Assembly: GCA_003971905.1 (NCBI GenBank)
Contig: RSEE01000086.1
Location: forward strand, 248,001 to 301,916
DNA length: 53,916 bases
Direction: 5' to 3'
Source: Moniliella sp. 'wahieum'
Lineage: Eukaryota
Of the stretch, positions 1-13,329 are shown in pieces. Each line of letters starts with the position of its first letter. Within the stretch, counting starts at the first letter, position 1. Under the pieces are notes generated by a model that saw only the letters and a list, made by a program, of their open reading frames with translations, made no database searches and was not told the origin of the DNA. Position numbers and translations under genes: made by a program.

Positions 1-23
1 AGTGCCCAGCTAATAGTACTGGA

Positions 24-312
24 TGTTGTACTATAGGACCTAAGTTCGTATGTCCCTTTCCCCTTCTCTCGATTCTTTGTCCTTTCTTTTCTTTCTTCTC
101 TGACACACGCTTTTGCCAATTCACTCTTCAACGCCAACAACCGGCCAATAACTGCGAGCCGTCCCCCCCTACATACCGTACCCCACGGTCATACGGTCTC
201 ACGGGCGCACGGTCGCACACGGTCTCGCACACGGTCTCGCACACGGACGTACACGTTAGACCTTCGTACCCCTTTACTATACACCACGCCGTGGCTCTCA
301 CGTCCTACGACG
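24..312. mobile_element. Possible degenerate solo-LTR-like relic
   Basis: Begins TGTTGTA and ends TACGACG (imperfect TG..CA-type terminal inverted repeat). Contains a pyrimidine tract and internal ACACGGTCTCGC repeats. No TSD found and no second copy in the window. Confidence 0.2.
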
Positions 313-1696
313 AGCAAAACCGGCTAACGGACCAACCGACCTTCTCCTTTCGTGCTGCTGGAGACCACAGCCCGTATGATGCTTGGGCCCCGCCGCCATC
401 AGTCATATGCACCGTTATTGCATCGTATGACCCATGGACTGTTGAGTACGTTTGTGAGTACTCAGACTGAGTCTCAGTACTCACTGAGAGCTGACACCCA
501 CTAGAGTTAGCGATACGGTTGTGTGTTCTAGGCCAAGAGCGACCCATGGCCAATAGATGTTCTGCGTTCGGCGTTGCGCGCTGTTATATCATCAAGTTTT
601 GTCGGGGTTCCTTTCGTGGCTTAGTTGTTACAAGTCGCGGGGATATAGTCTGAGTACTCAACACCCAGCACTGTTGTCTTATTAGTCTGACTCGAATCCC
701 ACTGCCGACCGCATTGTCTTCACCTTGATGATTTGTCTCGGGCGATGTGCGACTAAGCACGGACCACGGACCCAAAGCTGCATCCAGTGCGCGTGTGGCG
801 CACGCCCTAGAATCCAAAAGTGACCCCAAATATTATACTTTTCCTTTTCTCTAAGACCTTTCTCTTATTTGCGTATGACCATGCAGCGCAGTTGGCTGGG
901 GCGCCTTGCTGCGCAGCCACGTAACCCATGGTTCGTGCTCGGAAAACGTGGGAGTCTGTCGAGGACGAGAAGACGAGAGGCTGCACAGTGGACAACGAAA
1001 AAGGGTGCAACTATTAAAGGAACCCGCCGATTATAGCAAAACGCCTGTTGTGATGCGGCCTGTTGTGATGCGGCTCGCGCCCCTTGAGAGCCAGTCCTTC
1101 CTTTCGCCTCTCTCTCAGTAATGGTCCTGGTTACCTACTGCAACGTCCCGAAGTGCAGTGATGCAATGGTAGAGAGAAGACAGGAGCTGGATTGAATATT
1201 GAACCCAGACAGTGAGGATGAGAAGAGGGAGAAGAAGAAGGAATTGCACAAGGCCAGAGATAGAGGATAGGGATACCAGTGGCGTAGTGTCCGCGGGGAT
1301 GTGTAAGAGGGTCAGGGTGACCTCGGATTTGGCAGGTCCTTAGACCCTGGGCCAACATTCCGTCTTACCCACTGCCTCTCTCCCTTCTTTTCTGCCAATA
1401 CCAAGCCCTACTAGTAGTTGTTAGTATCTCCCACCCGGCGGGCCGCGATCTCCATCTCCTCACCTCGCAACTCAACTGTTGCAGGCTATAGCATTTTCCC
1501 ACCTTTAGTATTAGCAGGCCAACGAAGGTCATCATATGGTAGTCAAGTAGGGCGGAAGAGAGGCACAAGGAAACGTGCCAATGCAACCGCACAACGAGGC
1601 ACGAGAGAGGCCGGGGGGGCGGGGACACAAAGCAACCCAATAAACCAACCACTCAACCAAGCCAAAGAAAAACATGGAACAAAACACACGCGACGA

Positions 1697-2855
1697 TTAC
1701 TTGGTAAAGATGGACACGTCCAGCTGCTTGCCCACTGCCGTCGGGGCCAAGGTGATGGAAATGAGTTTGGCGTCCTTGTCGACCGAAAACGCGGCGCCTT
1801 CGGCACCGGGACCAGCCAACGTCACGCTCGGATCGGGGAACTGACGAACCGGGTCAAACGCAATCCCAATCGTCTTGGCTTCTTGAATAGATGGACGAGG
1901 ACCACTGGCGTGGACTCTTGGTAAACTCCAATGACTCGACCGTCGCTTGCGACAAGCGCCTCGGCGCGCCGGCTTCGTGCACAAAAATGGTACCGTACCC
2001 ACGTCGTACCTAGGTCCCGCACCCGCCCCACACACAACGGAATTTCCGTCGCAAGCGCAGACAAGAGCGACGTGGGCAGCCAGCCGTTGAGCTTGATACG
2101 GCAAATGTACGTCACCTCGGTGGCGGTAGGGGTGCTGGCGCTCGCGCCCCCCTCCGAACTGGTTCCACCAACCGGAGCAAAGACCCATGCACTCATACCA
2201 ACTCGGCGGGTCCGCTTGGCATTGTAGCTGCCCTGTTCGGGCGCATGCTCTTCATCTTGGACTGAAGTTTGGATGAGGCGGTAGGTGGGGCCCAGGGGCG
2301 CATCCGTCTCGGTCGTCGCAACCGATTGCACACCACCAAGTCGCGCGCCCAGACCAAATACGAAGGCGAGCGCATCAACGTGTAAAATTCCGATTGCTCC
2401 AACGAATAACGCTGCACGCTGCACGCAAAGTCCAGTCGTGCATCCCACAGTTTCCGCAACGAAGGTAGATTGATCGTCATGCACAGTTGCTCAGGCGTAA
2501 CACTTCCACAATCGTCTTGCCCCGCACCCATGGCAACATCGTCCGGCGCATCCCATCCAACTTCTTGCTCAACTCCACCCCGTCCTTCTCCCCGGCCGAC
2601 CACCCTGCCCTCGCCACTGGGCCAGTGCTCCTCAAGCGTAGCATACGCCCGCTTTAGCGCCGCCTCGTACTCGGCCACAGGCACGGGTACGTCTTGCTCG
2701 CAGTCAACGGCGAGGCTGGCAAGTTAATCTGCGCCTGTGGGATCCTCGCACACAGGGGGCCAGGTAGGGTCAGTGGTCAGTGGGCAGTCCAGCGGTGGGA
2801 TAGGCGCGCGGGAGGGGAACAAGCGCCACAGATCCAATCATCAATCACGTACCAT
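1697..2855 (-). CDS. START/SRPBCC-domain lipid-binding protein (frameshifted in assembly)
   Basis: ATG at 2855-2853, then a GTACGT...CTGAC...CAG intron (2852-2735). Joined ORFs give RKLWDARLD, YLVWARDLVGVQ, EVTYICRIKLNGWLPTSLLSALATEIPLCVGRVRD, typical of fungal START domains. C-terminus ...QLDVSIFTK* at 1697. Confidence 0.75.
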
Positions 2856-3469
2856 TCTTGTTGCGGGGGGGTCGGGGACTGGGGGGGGGGGTAGGTGGGG
2901 TGCGCGACGGGTGGGGCCAACGCGGTTTTATACCGCAAGCGGGGGCAGCACGCAGCCTAGAGCGGGGCAAAGAGCACCAATCCAAATCCCACGCACAGGC
3001 AAGCAACCACGTAGCGCGTATAAACAACTAGAAAATGAAAGCCTGCGTCCGCGCCGCAAGCCCTGAGCACTGGCCTCGGTCTTAGTCCCTGCATGGCCTG
3101 TGCGTCTTGCTGTCTGCTTCCTTAGCCTTAACCCTCCGGCTCCACCGGGTCGACCAGCGCGACTGACCGGACCCACCGGCTCCATCTGCTGCACTTGTGC
3201 GCTCGACCGGCTCGATGGGCCGAGGGGCAGAGAACCCAGCTGCGATCGAACCCGGGCCAGGGCAAGCGCTTGGCCGGAGTCAGGCCGGTCAGGCCGTAGA
3301 CCGTCGCGCGACGAGCGCGCCCGAGTAGTCTAGAGGCAGTAGCCCATCGATGAAGCCACCGCCAGATCAGTGAAGAGTGAATCGGCTGGCCTGCAAGAAC
3401 TTACTTACTTACCAACCCACCTGGTGCCCTGCCCGAAGCCCGAGCGCCGAGGGGTCAGCACGTGACCAG

Positions 3470-3501
3470 GTGACGCGTGACGCGTGACGCGTGACGCGTG
3501 A
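3470..3501. repeat. (TGACGCG)4 tandem containing four ACGCGT sites, next to CACGTG at 3459
   Basis: Read directly. Lies in the divergent intergenic region between the START gene and CMK1. Confidence 0.85.
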
Positions 3502-4440
3502 GGTCAGGCCTGACGCTTGGGCCCACCGTGCGCAGCCATAAGTCACGCTCACTCGCCACTGCCTCTGCCGTCTCCTTTCCCCTTGGGACCATCCCACCGG
3601 TCGCATTCGCCGTCCCCTGCCCGGCCTGTCCCCGCGGCAGATGCCCCAGGGTTTAATTGCATGGCTCGTCTGTGAGAGAGTTGTGAGGTATGGCCAAGGG
3701 GGGACTGGGGGGGGCGAGAGACCGAACATGCGTCTTTTACCGCATCAACGAGATGCAAGCGTGTTGGTTTGAATGGCAAGGTCCCAATGGCGAGGATGCA
3801 CTGATTAGTGCATGACTCGTCTTGTTCGCTTTCTTCGTCTACCAGCAAGCCGTACCACATGTGGAACGCAAGATGAGCGAAATGCGGGGCGGTGGCGCCC
3901 ACCACCCACGGAACAGCGCGACCATCAGACATCAGGCCTCAGGCCTGATGCCGGATGCCTCAGGGCGGCTGCTATATACGGATACGTCCATAGCGACGCT
4001 GCACGTTATACTTGCCCCAGATCCCCATCCCCATTCCCGACAGGAAGGGTAACGGTTAACCGTTAGCCATTGCCCCGTTCGGTAACTTTTCCTACTTGGC
4101 TCCATCTGATGCTTAGTACTTACCACTTTATTACCACCCACCCGGCCATCAAAGATAACCCTGGTGCCGGCGGGAGGCGAGTGTCGGCGAGCAGGCGGAT
4201 GATGTCACATGTCACCTGTCACCCGCCCGCTGCGCCGCGTACGCCGCACACGACGACGATAGTACCCAAAAAAGCCAGGGGCACACTAACGCTTCTTTCC
4301 ATCTGCCAACAGCGCACAAGCCGTCCCCGCGCCCCATCCCATCCCACCCAGCCTTCCTTCTCCTTCTCCTCCTTCTCCTCCCTCCCCTCCCCCCCACCCC
4401 CATCTCCATCTCCATCTCCATCTCCATCTCCCTTCCCACC

Positions 4441-5762
4441 ATGGCTGCCCCAGCAACGACAAGCAAGCGCATGCGGACCGTCCCGTGCGCCTACAAGACC
4501 GGCCGTACCCTTGGCAGCGGGACGTACGCGGTGGTCAAGGAAGCGCAGCGCATTGCCGATGGTCAACGGTACGCATGCAAGATCATCAGCAAGAAACTAC
4601 TCGAGGGACGCGAATCGATGGTGCGCAACGAAATCTTGGCCATGAAGAAAGTGTCCCAAGGGCATCCCAACATCGTCACCCTCATCGACTACTTTGAGAC
4701 GCTCAACAACCTCTATGTTGTCACTGAACTTTGCACGGGAGGCGAGTTGTTTGACCGGATCTGCGAACGCGGATCGTATTTTGAAGAGTACGTTTGGATT
4801 TGGTTTTGGCTTTTCCTCCAGATAGGTACGGCGGTGCAGAGGGAAACGGGAGGAGCAGGCGAGTGGAGGACGGCGGTGCTGAGTACTGAGTACTGACTCT
4901 TACCCATAGAGATGCTGCCCATATCATTCGAACCGTCACCAGTGCAGTCCAGTACCTGCACGACAATGGTGTCATTCACCGCGGTACGTCTGTGACTCTT
5001 CGCTGCACCCCCTCTCTCTCCCTCTCCTCTCCTCCTCCAACCCCCACCCCACCTGTGGCCGAGCCGCTGTTGATATCTTCCGCCTCCTACAGACCTCAAG
5101 CCCGAGAACTTGCTGTTCAAAAGCAAGGACGAGTCGGCCGAGCTGGTGATTGCCGATTTGGCCTGTCGCGCATCGTGGACGACGAGAAGATGGTGATGCT
5201 CAACACGACTTGTGGTACCCCGGGCTACATGGCTCCCGAACTGTTACCAAAAGCGGGCATTGGAAACCAGTGGATCTATGGGCGATCGGGGTGATTGCTT
5301 ATTTCCTTCTGTGTGGCTATACTCCCTTTGACCGCGAGTCCATGACGGAAGAGGTCCAGGCTATCGTCACGGCCAACTACGCTTTTGAACCGGCGGTGTA
5401 CTGGGCCCGGGTATCCGACCCAGCTAAAGACTTTATTCGTCGTCTCTTGGTCATCGACCAACAACAACGTATGACCGCCGCCCAGGCACTTGCCCATCCT
5501 TGGCTCACCGCGCCTATCCAGTCCCCCGCCCTCGCTGAAGGTACCACCCACAACGATCTCCTCCCGGAAATGAAACGTGCATTCAGTGGTAAGGCCACCC
5601 TCAAAAAGGCCATCAATGGCATTCGACTCATCAACCGCCTCCAAACTGAGGCTCACAAGATCGCACCCAACCCGGTCGCCCAGCTGAGGTCGAAGAAATT
5701 CAGCGCACCATACAGGCTACCGCCAATGAGGCACCCCAGCAGAGATGCTGGTCGACGAGTGA
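4441..5762 (+). CDS. CMK1: Calcium/calmodulin-dependent protein kinase (CaMK I family)
   Basis: LGSGTYAVVK, YACKIISKK, HPNIVTLIDYFET, GGELFDRI, HRDLKPENLL (after splicing), TTCGTPGYMAPE, VDLWAIGVIAYFLLCGYTPF. Introns at 4788-4909 and 4984-5092 (GTACGT..YAG). Stop position is approximate. Confidence 0.93.
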
Positions 5763-6254
5763 AGCTTCAAGAGGTACAAGTGGCAGACGAACAGAGGTGC
5801 CAGTCAGTCAACCTTTCTTTCTTTATTTCTCTCTCTCTTTGTTTGTTTGTTTGTTTTCTTTCCTTTCTTTCTTTGGGTTGGGGTTTTGTGTTTTGTATTG
5901 TTCTTGGTGCGATCGCTGGGGTAGTGGACAACCACGCCGATCGACTGTGTTGACGAGGGGGCGAGGAGGGCCTCGGGCGGCGCCTGGACCCCCGTACCCT
6001 TTTGCTTTTGGTTCCAGCCCCCCCCCCCTGACTTGTATTTGTACGAGGCTGCGTAAAGACGCCCTGATATCGCACTCGAATGGATTCCCACAACATGGGT
6101 GTTTGATCTCATGCACCCACACACAAAGCATTCAGTACTCAGTACTGAACTCAGTACTGATACCCAGTCCTCAGCCCTCGACACTCAGTGAGCACTCGGT
6201 ACTCAGCACCCGCCACCCACGCAGTAAGCTGTACTTCCTACACGTCCTGAGCAC

Positions 6255-7316
6255 TCAACTCTGAGCCGCGCGTTTGGCCTCCTTCTTGGCTCGGGCGCGC
6301 TTGACATGTTCTGGCAAGCGGGTCTCGATTTGCTTCTTGTGCTTCTTGGGCCGCCTGGTCGGGTCCTCACGCGCTTTCCGGATCTTCTCCTCTTTCCGCT
6401 TCTCCGCCTGCGCCAGACGCTTCTCCTTGATCTTGTCTTGCTGCGCTTGCCGTTCCGCTTGGACTCGTAATGAAAGTCGGCCTTGTTCTTGGCGAGCTGC
6501 GCAGCTTGCGCATCCACACGCTTCAGATGCTCCACTAGCACCGCATCCGTCTCCTGCATCGACGCGTGCGCCTCAGGATCCACCAACGCCGCAATCGCAT
6601 CCGCTGGCGCTATCGATCCTTCCCCTCGGGATGGCGTAGGTGCAGGTCGGCGAGATCCAGTCGTAGTCTTGGAAGTGAGCTTGGGTTTGGAACTAGACTT
6701 GGGCGTGGGCGTGTGCGTGGGTTGGGGCGTGGAGTTGGATTTGGGTTTGGGGTTGGGCTTGGCTTTGCTCCCTTGTTCCGCCGCCCACAACTCATCGTCA
6801 ACAGCATGCGGGTCCCAGTCATCCACAGTGGTGACGGTGGTGAGGTGGTCGCCCGTATCAAACGTCTCAAGGGTAGGTTGGTTCTTGAGTGCCTCTCCTC
6901 CCTCCTCGTTTTCCCCGTCCGGCTCTGACTCTTCCCCCAACCCACCCTCGTACGCATCGCCATAAAAGTCCCGTTCGGCCTGGACGTTTTCGCGTGCGCG
7001 GTCGCGCACTTGCTGCCGCGCTTGCCGACGCTGTGCACGTTGTTCCTCCTTGACTCGCGACTCGATCTCCCGCCGCGCATGCGCACGACGCTGTTGCTTC
7101 CGCTTCTCAAATCCAGTCAAGAACTCTTTCCGCTCCGCATCATCAAATTCCACCTGCGCTTCTTTGCGCGCCTTGCACTGTACTGCACCGGCGTCACCGC
7201 CGTCGTCCGCTTGTACGTCGGCTTGACGGCCTTGCACTCGTCTTCTTGGCCTTCTTCTTGGCGGCCAGCTGCGCAGATTCGGTGTAGGCCAGCAGGCCTG
7301 GTGTGGGCGCCTTCAT
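6255..7316 (-). CDS. RRP17: Ribosomal RNA-processing protein 17 (Nop25 family)
   Basis: VEFDDAERKEFLTGFEKRKQQRR matches the Nop25/Rrp17 signature, followed by a coiled coil, a TTVTTV segment and a lysine-rich tail with FHYESK. Confidence 0.85.
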
Positions 7317-7737
7317 GCTGTGGTGAGGGGTGGTGGTGGTGTACTGTGGTGGGGGGGCGCAGGAGGAGCACACAACCCAAGCAGCTTTCGAGAGAGAGAG
7401 AGAGCGACACGAGACAAAAAAAAATTAATCACCTGCCTCGGCTGCTCCCAGCCTGCCTCCCTCTGCCGGCCGGCGTCCATTCCGCCCTCGTGGGTGCGCC
7501 CGGCGCCGAGCGGAATTCGGCTGGACCAGCCCGACTTCTACCGTTTTTGTTTCTATAACTCAGCTACCTACCTATTATAGCTGCTCTCTTGGCATCTTGA
7601 TTAGCGAGTCACTGTGCAGATCCCATTGTGTACCACCACCCGTGCTCCCCCGCCTGCCTCCGTTCTCCTCTTGCTGCTCTTCCTGCTGCTCCCCCTCCTC
7701 CCCTCCGGCCAGACGCTGGGCGTGCGCGTGCCCGTGC

Positions 7738-9582
7738 CTAGGCCAAGGCGGCCGTGCCGTTGCTCACGCTGCGCGCGCCAAAGATCGTCGGGTGACGCGT
7801 CGGGTCAAACAGGTACCACGCCGAGTAGATGATCACGAGGCAGGTGACCACGATGAACTTCAAAAACGTCAGCGGCCCCGTTGCGTCCTTGGGCACAAAC
7901 CCAGTCCCGGCCTTGCGTGGGGTGTGGGAAAAGTCGGGCCGGTTCATCTTGAGTTCCGTGAGAGATGATGGGCAAGAAGACAGAGCAGGCAGTGTAGAAG
8001 ACGAGTACACTACGCACGACCAGCCCCGGGTACTCGAGCAACGAAGCACGCCGCACGATTACCTTGCCATGCTCCACGTGCTTCCGCGGAAGGAAGAAGA
8101 GCGCAAAGATGCTGTAGAGCGCAACGTAGAAGAAAATGGAAAAAGAGCAACGCGGGCGAAGGCGTCGTCGCTGACAACAACCGTACCGGGCCATCCACGT
8201 ACCACGCCCCACGCTCAAAGTACTTGAAGCAGCCTTCCCGTAGAATTTCCAGGTTCTCGTCCGACGCTCCAAATAGGCTGTACAGCGCCATGGCCAAAAT
8301 GTTGACACAGCTCGCAACGTCCTTCCGCGCCCAGTGCCACTGCAACAGTGCCGGCCGGATCTGCGCATCCCAATGCGTCAGCGTCAACTTGTGCGGCTTC
8401 TTGGTCTCTTGTTTCAGCCCCAGACCAGGGTACCACACCCCGCCATTGAGAATGTTGGTCAAGCGCACCACATCCCAAAACGCAACCGTCATCCCACCCC
8501 CAGTAAGCGGATGGCGCATGTTCATCGCATCGCCCACGAGGATGCAGCCACGGCGGTAACGCGACTGGCCCTGCACGCTAGGTGGAAGGAACGAGTTGGG
8601 CATGCTGCGCAGCCGTTGGCTAGTGCCCGTCTCGGTTGCATCCAGCTCTTTGAGCAGTGCCGCGCCCAGCTCACCAGGCAGGTAGGGCGCACTTGGGTGC
8701 GGATGTGCCGTTGCAGGTCGCCTTTGGACGCACTGGGCAGTTGCTCCCCAGGAACGTCAATCAAATGCGGGTGGTGTGGATCGCAAACGAGCCGTCGGGC
8801 TGCGGATTGGCCTCGCCAATTTGGTACAGCAGCACAGGTCCGCTGGGGCCTAGGACGACATGACCATGGTGCGGGTTGGGAAGCGGAGCATGTTCCAGCT
8901 CGAGCCCGACAAAGTGTCCCGTGATCTGCGGCGCGATCGTGGAGCCATAGGAGGAACGGAACTTGCTAAAAATCCCATCTGCCACAATCGTAATCGCCCC
9001 GCGGATCATCAGCTCTTCCTCGGCCCCAGCCACCTTGCGCACCGCATTCGCTCCCAGTACATGGCCACTGTGCTGGTCCTCCTCCAGGTCACGCACCGTA
9101 GCCTCGATGCAAGTCACGTTGGTCTGCGCCCGCGCCTGCGCGCGCAACTTCTGCACAAAGCGGCCGTGGTGGAACGCACGACCCTCGAGCCTCCCCGTCG
9201 GCCCGACCAGCCCGCGCGCAGAGGGCTGCACAGCGTCCAAAGCGTCGACAGAAGGGTAAGGAATGGCCACGCTGCGCTCCCCACTGAACACTTGGTAGCC
9301 TACCACAGGCACAGCCTCAATCCCTTCCAGCGTGTCCAGCAGCCCGAGACACGCCAGCGCACGCACACCCCCAGGCTGCAGCAGCTCCCCGACGATCCGG
9401 TCAGGCTCACTCCAGTCCCGCTCAATCACGGCAACGCTGCGGCCACTGCGGCCCAGCGCATACGCCAGCGACGCCCCAACCACTCCGGCACCGACAATGA
9501 CGATGTCGTACCGCGTCTGGTTGAGTTCGGCGGCAGGCACGGGCGCGAGAGCGGGCAGCGAGGGCGCGGGAATGGCTGTCAT
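7738..9582 (-). CDS. ERG1: Squalene epoxidase (squalene monooxygenase)
   Basis: DIVIVGAGVVG FAD-binding motif, EPDRIVGELLQPGG, FHHGRFVQKLR, VADGIFSKFR, HGHVVLG, MPNSFLP, GDAMNMRHPLTGGGMTVA, LREGCFKYF. Spread over several frames by indels. Confidence 0.95.
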
Positions 9583-10726
9583 GGTGGTGAGGCCTGAGCC
9601 GGGGCGGGTCAGGTGCTAATCCAGGTTAGCAGGTTAGCACAGGTTAGCTGGTCAGCCGCACCGCCCCAGCAGGCTCCACGGCGCGCACCTCTGCGTTCCC
9701 GATCAGCGCATCTGGCACCCGCCGCTAGGGTTGGCCGTGTGGAACTTTTCGGTGTGTGCGACCAGTGAGTACACACTGAGTACCCAGACTGAGTACTGAG
9801 TGAGTGCCGTTGCCACGCGCACATCGCCCATCTCACACGCAATCTCACATCTTCAATCCTCTTTCCAACTTGGTCTCTTCTCCTAGCACCGCACCAAGAT
9901 TGATGAACGTGCAGCGTTCAACGTTGAACCCCGCTACGACGTTGGCGCTTGTTGCGTACCCTCCTGCCACCTATCTCCTCTGTGCATCTTGTCTTTCAAC
10001 CATTAGGTACGCGCCTTTTAATGCATGCATTCAACACCCAAGTCTGCTTTCTATCTCGTCCTAGAAGGTGTACCGGGCTACCAGGCTTTGCTTTGCTTTG
10101 CATCTGCTCATCGGGATAGCACCCGACGGGAAAAGAAGGTCGATGATACAGAAGTGCGGCGGTGGTGATGGGGGTGGTGGGGGGTGTGCTACTACGAGCA
10201 CAGCAGAGTATTAGTTCAGAGACGTAGAACGTGCAATGAGAGAGAAACATGATAATCCAGTTCGAATGACAGTACTGTACACGATTCAGGTCCAAGTGAA
10301 GGCAGGACACAGTAGTAGCTCTTCGTTTTCGTCTTACACGGAAGCAGCAGGGGGGGGGGAGGAGAGGGGGAAGATTAACAAATGTTTTGTATGGAGGAGA
10401 TGCAAGCTGAACCTGCCAGCAAGAAAAGACAGTAAAGAAATAGAGATCGCAGGGGGTAAATGGGCCAGGGATAAGGGGCAAGGCCTAAGGAGTAACCAGT
10501 AACCCGTAAGGGGGGTAGGAATCATCAACCTTCCCGAGTCGTCCTCCTTCCATTCAGGAACGGTCAAACGACACGACCTACCAACCCCATCCGTTAGGGC
10601 ATCCAACAAGCCCCAGTGCCATCCACGATCCCACGCTCACTCTGGCGAGTTGGGTTCAGCGAAACCAAGCGGCGTGGGGCGGGCCGAGCCGGACAGCGCC
10701 GGGGTAAGCGTCCAACCCACCTGCTG

Positions 10727-13329
10727 TCAAACTCTCCGCCGTACGGGGGAACAACAACGACTTTTTCCCTCGGGACTCTCGTGCGCCGTAGCCACATAGC
10801 TAGGCGACAATAACCGCGGCGATACACATCCCTCTTCTTCCTCCATGCTCGTCTCGGACGACGAACTGGCCCGCTCGTCCCACCTGCCACCAGCCAACCG
10901 AGGAGGGTACACAGCCTCATCGTCCGGCTCTGTCGCCGCCTGGTGCACAGGCTCCGACGTAGGCTCCGACGTAGGCTCCGACGTAGGCTCGACGTAGGCT
11001 CCGACGTAGGCTCCGACGTAGGCTCCGACGTAGGCTCCGACGTAAGCTCCGACGTAGGCTCCAACACAGGCTCCTCATTTTCTTCCTCGTCCAACTTTGC
11101 TGGCGCGGCGGGGAGGTGGATGGTGGTACCGGTCGCGACGCGCCCCGCCCGCCGCGTACAAGCTGGACGATGCCGGGGGGAACGGGTTGAACGTGTCCAA
11201 CAGCAAAGGTACTGCGTTTTGCCTTGTTGTACCATCCGCGTCAGAGCAGCAATACTAGACCGCGACCCACGTCGGCCACCCGAAGCGGCACGTCCACCCG
11301 TACCACCCGTAGCGTCCGTAGCATCCGTAGCATCCGTGGCGTCCGTGGTGTCTGTGGCGTCCGTGGTGTCTGTGGCGTCCGTAGCATGTGTGAAAGTCGT
11401 AGGGCCAGACAGAGGAAACAGGCACGGTAGAGTCCCGCATCGACGGACTAGGGGGGGGCAGGAGTGCTACCGCACTCGCCTCCCTTGGTGTGGGGGGCAA
11501 GCCGGTCCGCGAGGCAAGCGACGAAGAGCAGGTGGAGAAACTGTCGGGCGAACGGCGGGAGCCTAAGCTATCAGCCTGTTGGCTTTGACTGGTCACCGGC
11601 GACGTGATCGACGTGATAGGCGACGCGGGCTTGGCTGGACCGTGCACGAATTTTTCCGTCCGACCGAGAATCGCGGTAGGTAGTCTTGCACTGCAGCTGA
11701 CCCGCGCGAGCTTGGTGGCTCGTACGACCCATGTGCCCGTGGAGGATCGCTTAGTGTGGCTACTCCCCCCTCTGCTCCTTGTACGGCGCACGACGGCGTG
11801 GTCAGGGACGAGTAGCGGGCATGACCGGCATGACCGGCATGACCGGCATGACCTTTGATGCTCGTAGAAACCGACCCAGCTGGGAAGGTGGAGCACCAAG
11901 GTACACCACCAGCGTTGAGAGGCGGACCGAGCGAACGCGTCTTGTGGTGCTTGCTGGGTCGACGGGGGGATGGAGTCGAGGCAGGTGGAGAAGGGCGATG
12001 GCCGACTGGGTGAACCGACCGGGGACGTAGGGTACTTGCAGACGACGCAGCGTAGCAACGTCCGGCTCAAACCAAGCTCTTGGCTTTGTCTGCTGCAACC
12101 GCCTGGTGGACAGCACGGGCCAAAGAGGCGGCTTGGGCTGGGCTTGGGCTTGGGCTTGAGCTTGAGCTTGAGCTTGAGCTTGAGCTTGAGCTTGAGCTTG
12201 AGCTTGAGCTTGAGCTTGAGCTTGGGCTTGAGCTTGGGCTTGGTGCGTGGGTGGGACATGCGACGAAGTTCCTGCCGTTTCCTCAGGTCGGCATTAGTTG
12301 CAGTCAACCGATCGCAAGCGAGAATCATGGCGGCCAACTCGGGAAGGCGGCAGCGCTGTTCTGGAAAAGGGCAAAAGATGCGCTTGAGGACGGCGTTGAG
12401 CGATTCGGAGATGGGCAGGATTTCAGCAAGAAAGTCCGGGTTACGGAGGTACTCGCGAAACGTGTCGTCGGTCGTCGAGGCTTGTTTCCATGGGTTGCGC
12501 CCACATACCAGATTGACCAAGATGACACCTAAACTCCACACATCGTTCGCTGCTGTATTGTACCGTCGAACACGGGAAAGGATGCCGCCCTGGCACTCGG
12601 GACCCATGTAAAACGTAGACCCACAACCAAAGTCCTTGCTTTCCCTGTCGGGCGTGGCCAGGCCAAAGTCGGAAAGCACCACGCGTGCACCGCCTTGCAC
12701 ACACAGAATGTTCTCTGGCTTGAGATCGCGATGGTAAATGCCCCGTTGGTGACAATAGTGCACTGCATCGACAAGTTGGAGAAAGACGTCTTGGATCGTT
12801 TGGTCCATTTCCGCTCGCGCACTCCCATACGCTTCGTCTTCAACCACGTACCGGCCCATGATGTGGCTCGGATCGGCACAACTGTCCAGCGTACCGGTAA
12901 CCGCGTAGCGCTGGGCCTCCGTGATCATCGCAAATAGGTCCCGTCAGGACAATGCTCCATCACCACATACACACACGTCGCGTCTTGCAACACTTGGTAC
13001 ACTGTCACCACGCTCGGGTGCACACCAGCCAGACTGTGCAGCGTAATCTCCCGTTCTTGAAACAACTTTTGACGAGCGTCCAGCCCAGCACGGTGTAGAC
13101 ACTTGACTGCGTACAGTCCGGTAATGCTAGCGTCGCCACTAGGACCTCGACCTTGGCCACTCGCCGTCGTGGCCCACGGCTGTCGCGACGCATGCAAAGG
13201 ATGGTGCAGGTCACGCGCAAGGTAGACCACCCCGTACGCACCGAGACCTAGGATGGAGACAAACTCCAGTCGGCCACCGGCAATTTGCTTCCCGAGGAGG
13301 TCGTTGTGAAGTTGGGTCTTTGCGCCCAT
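10727..13329 (-). CDS. Ran1/Pat1 (Sks1/Vhs1)-family Ser/Thr protein kinase with long low-complexity C-terminus
   Basis: LGLGAYGVVYLA, YAVKCL, REITLHS, IYHRDLKPENIL, DFGLAT, FGCGSTFYMGPEC, NDVWSLGVILVNLVCGRNPWKQA are characteristic of this family. The 3' end is approximate. Confidence 0.88.
10949..11062. repeat. 12-bp tandem repeat (AGGCTCCGACGT) x~9, encoding (EPTS)n in the kinase tail
   Basis: Read directly. Confidence 0.9.
12131..12243. repeat. Hexamer microsatellite (CTTGAG/CTTGGG)n inside the kinase gene
   Basis: Read directly; ~19 units just downstream of the catalytic domain. Confidence 0.95.

Noticed and set aside
3345..3400. CATCGATGAAG resembling 5.8S rRNA
   Set aside because: Similarity is limited to ~11 nt, and there is no rDNA context.
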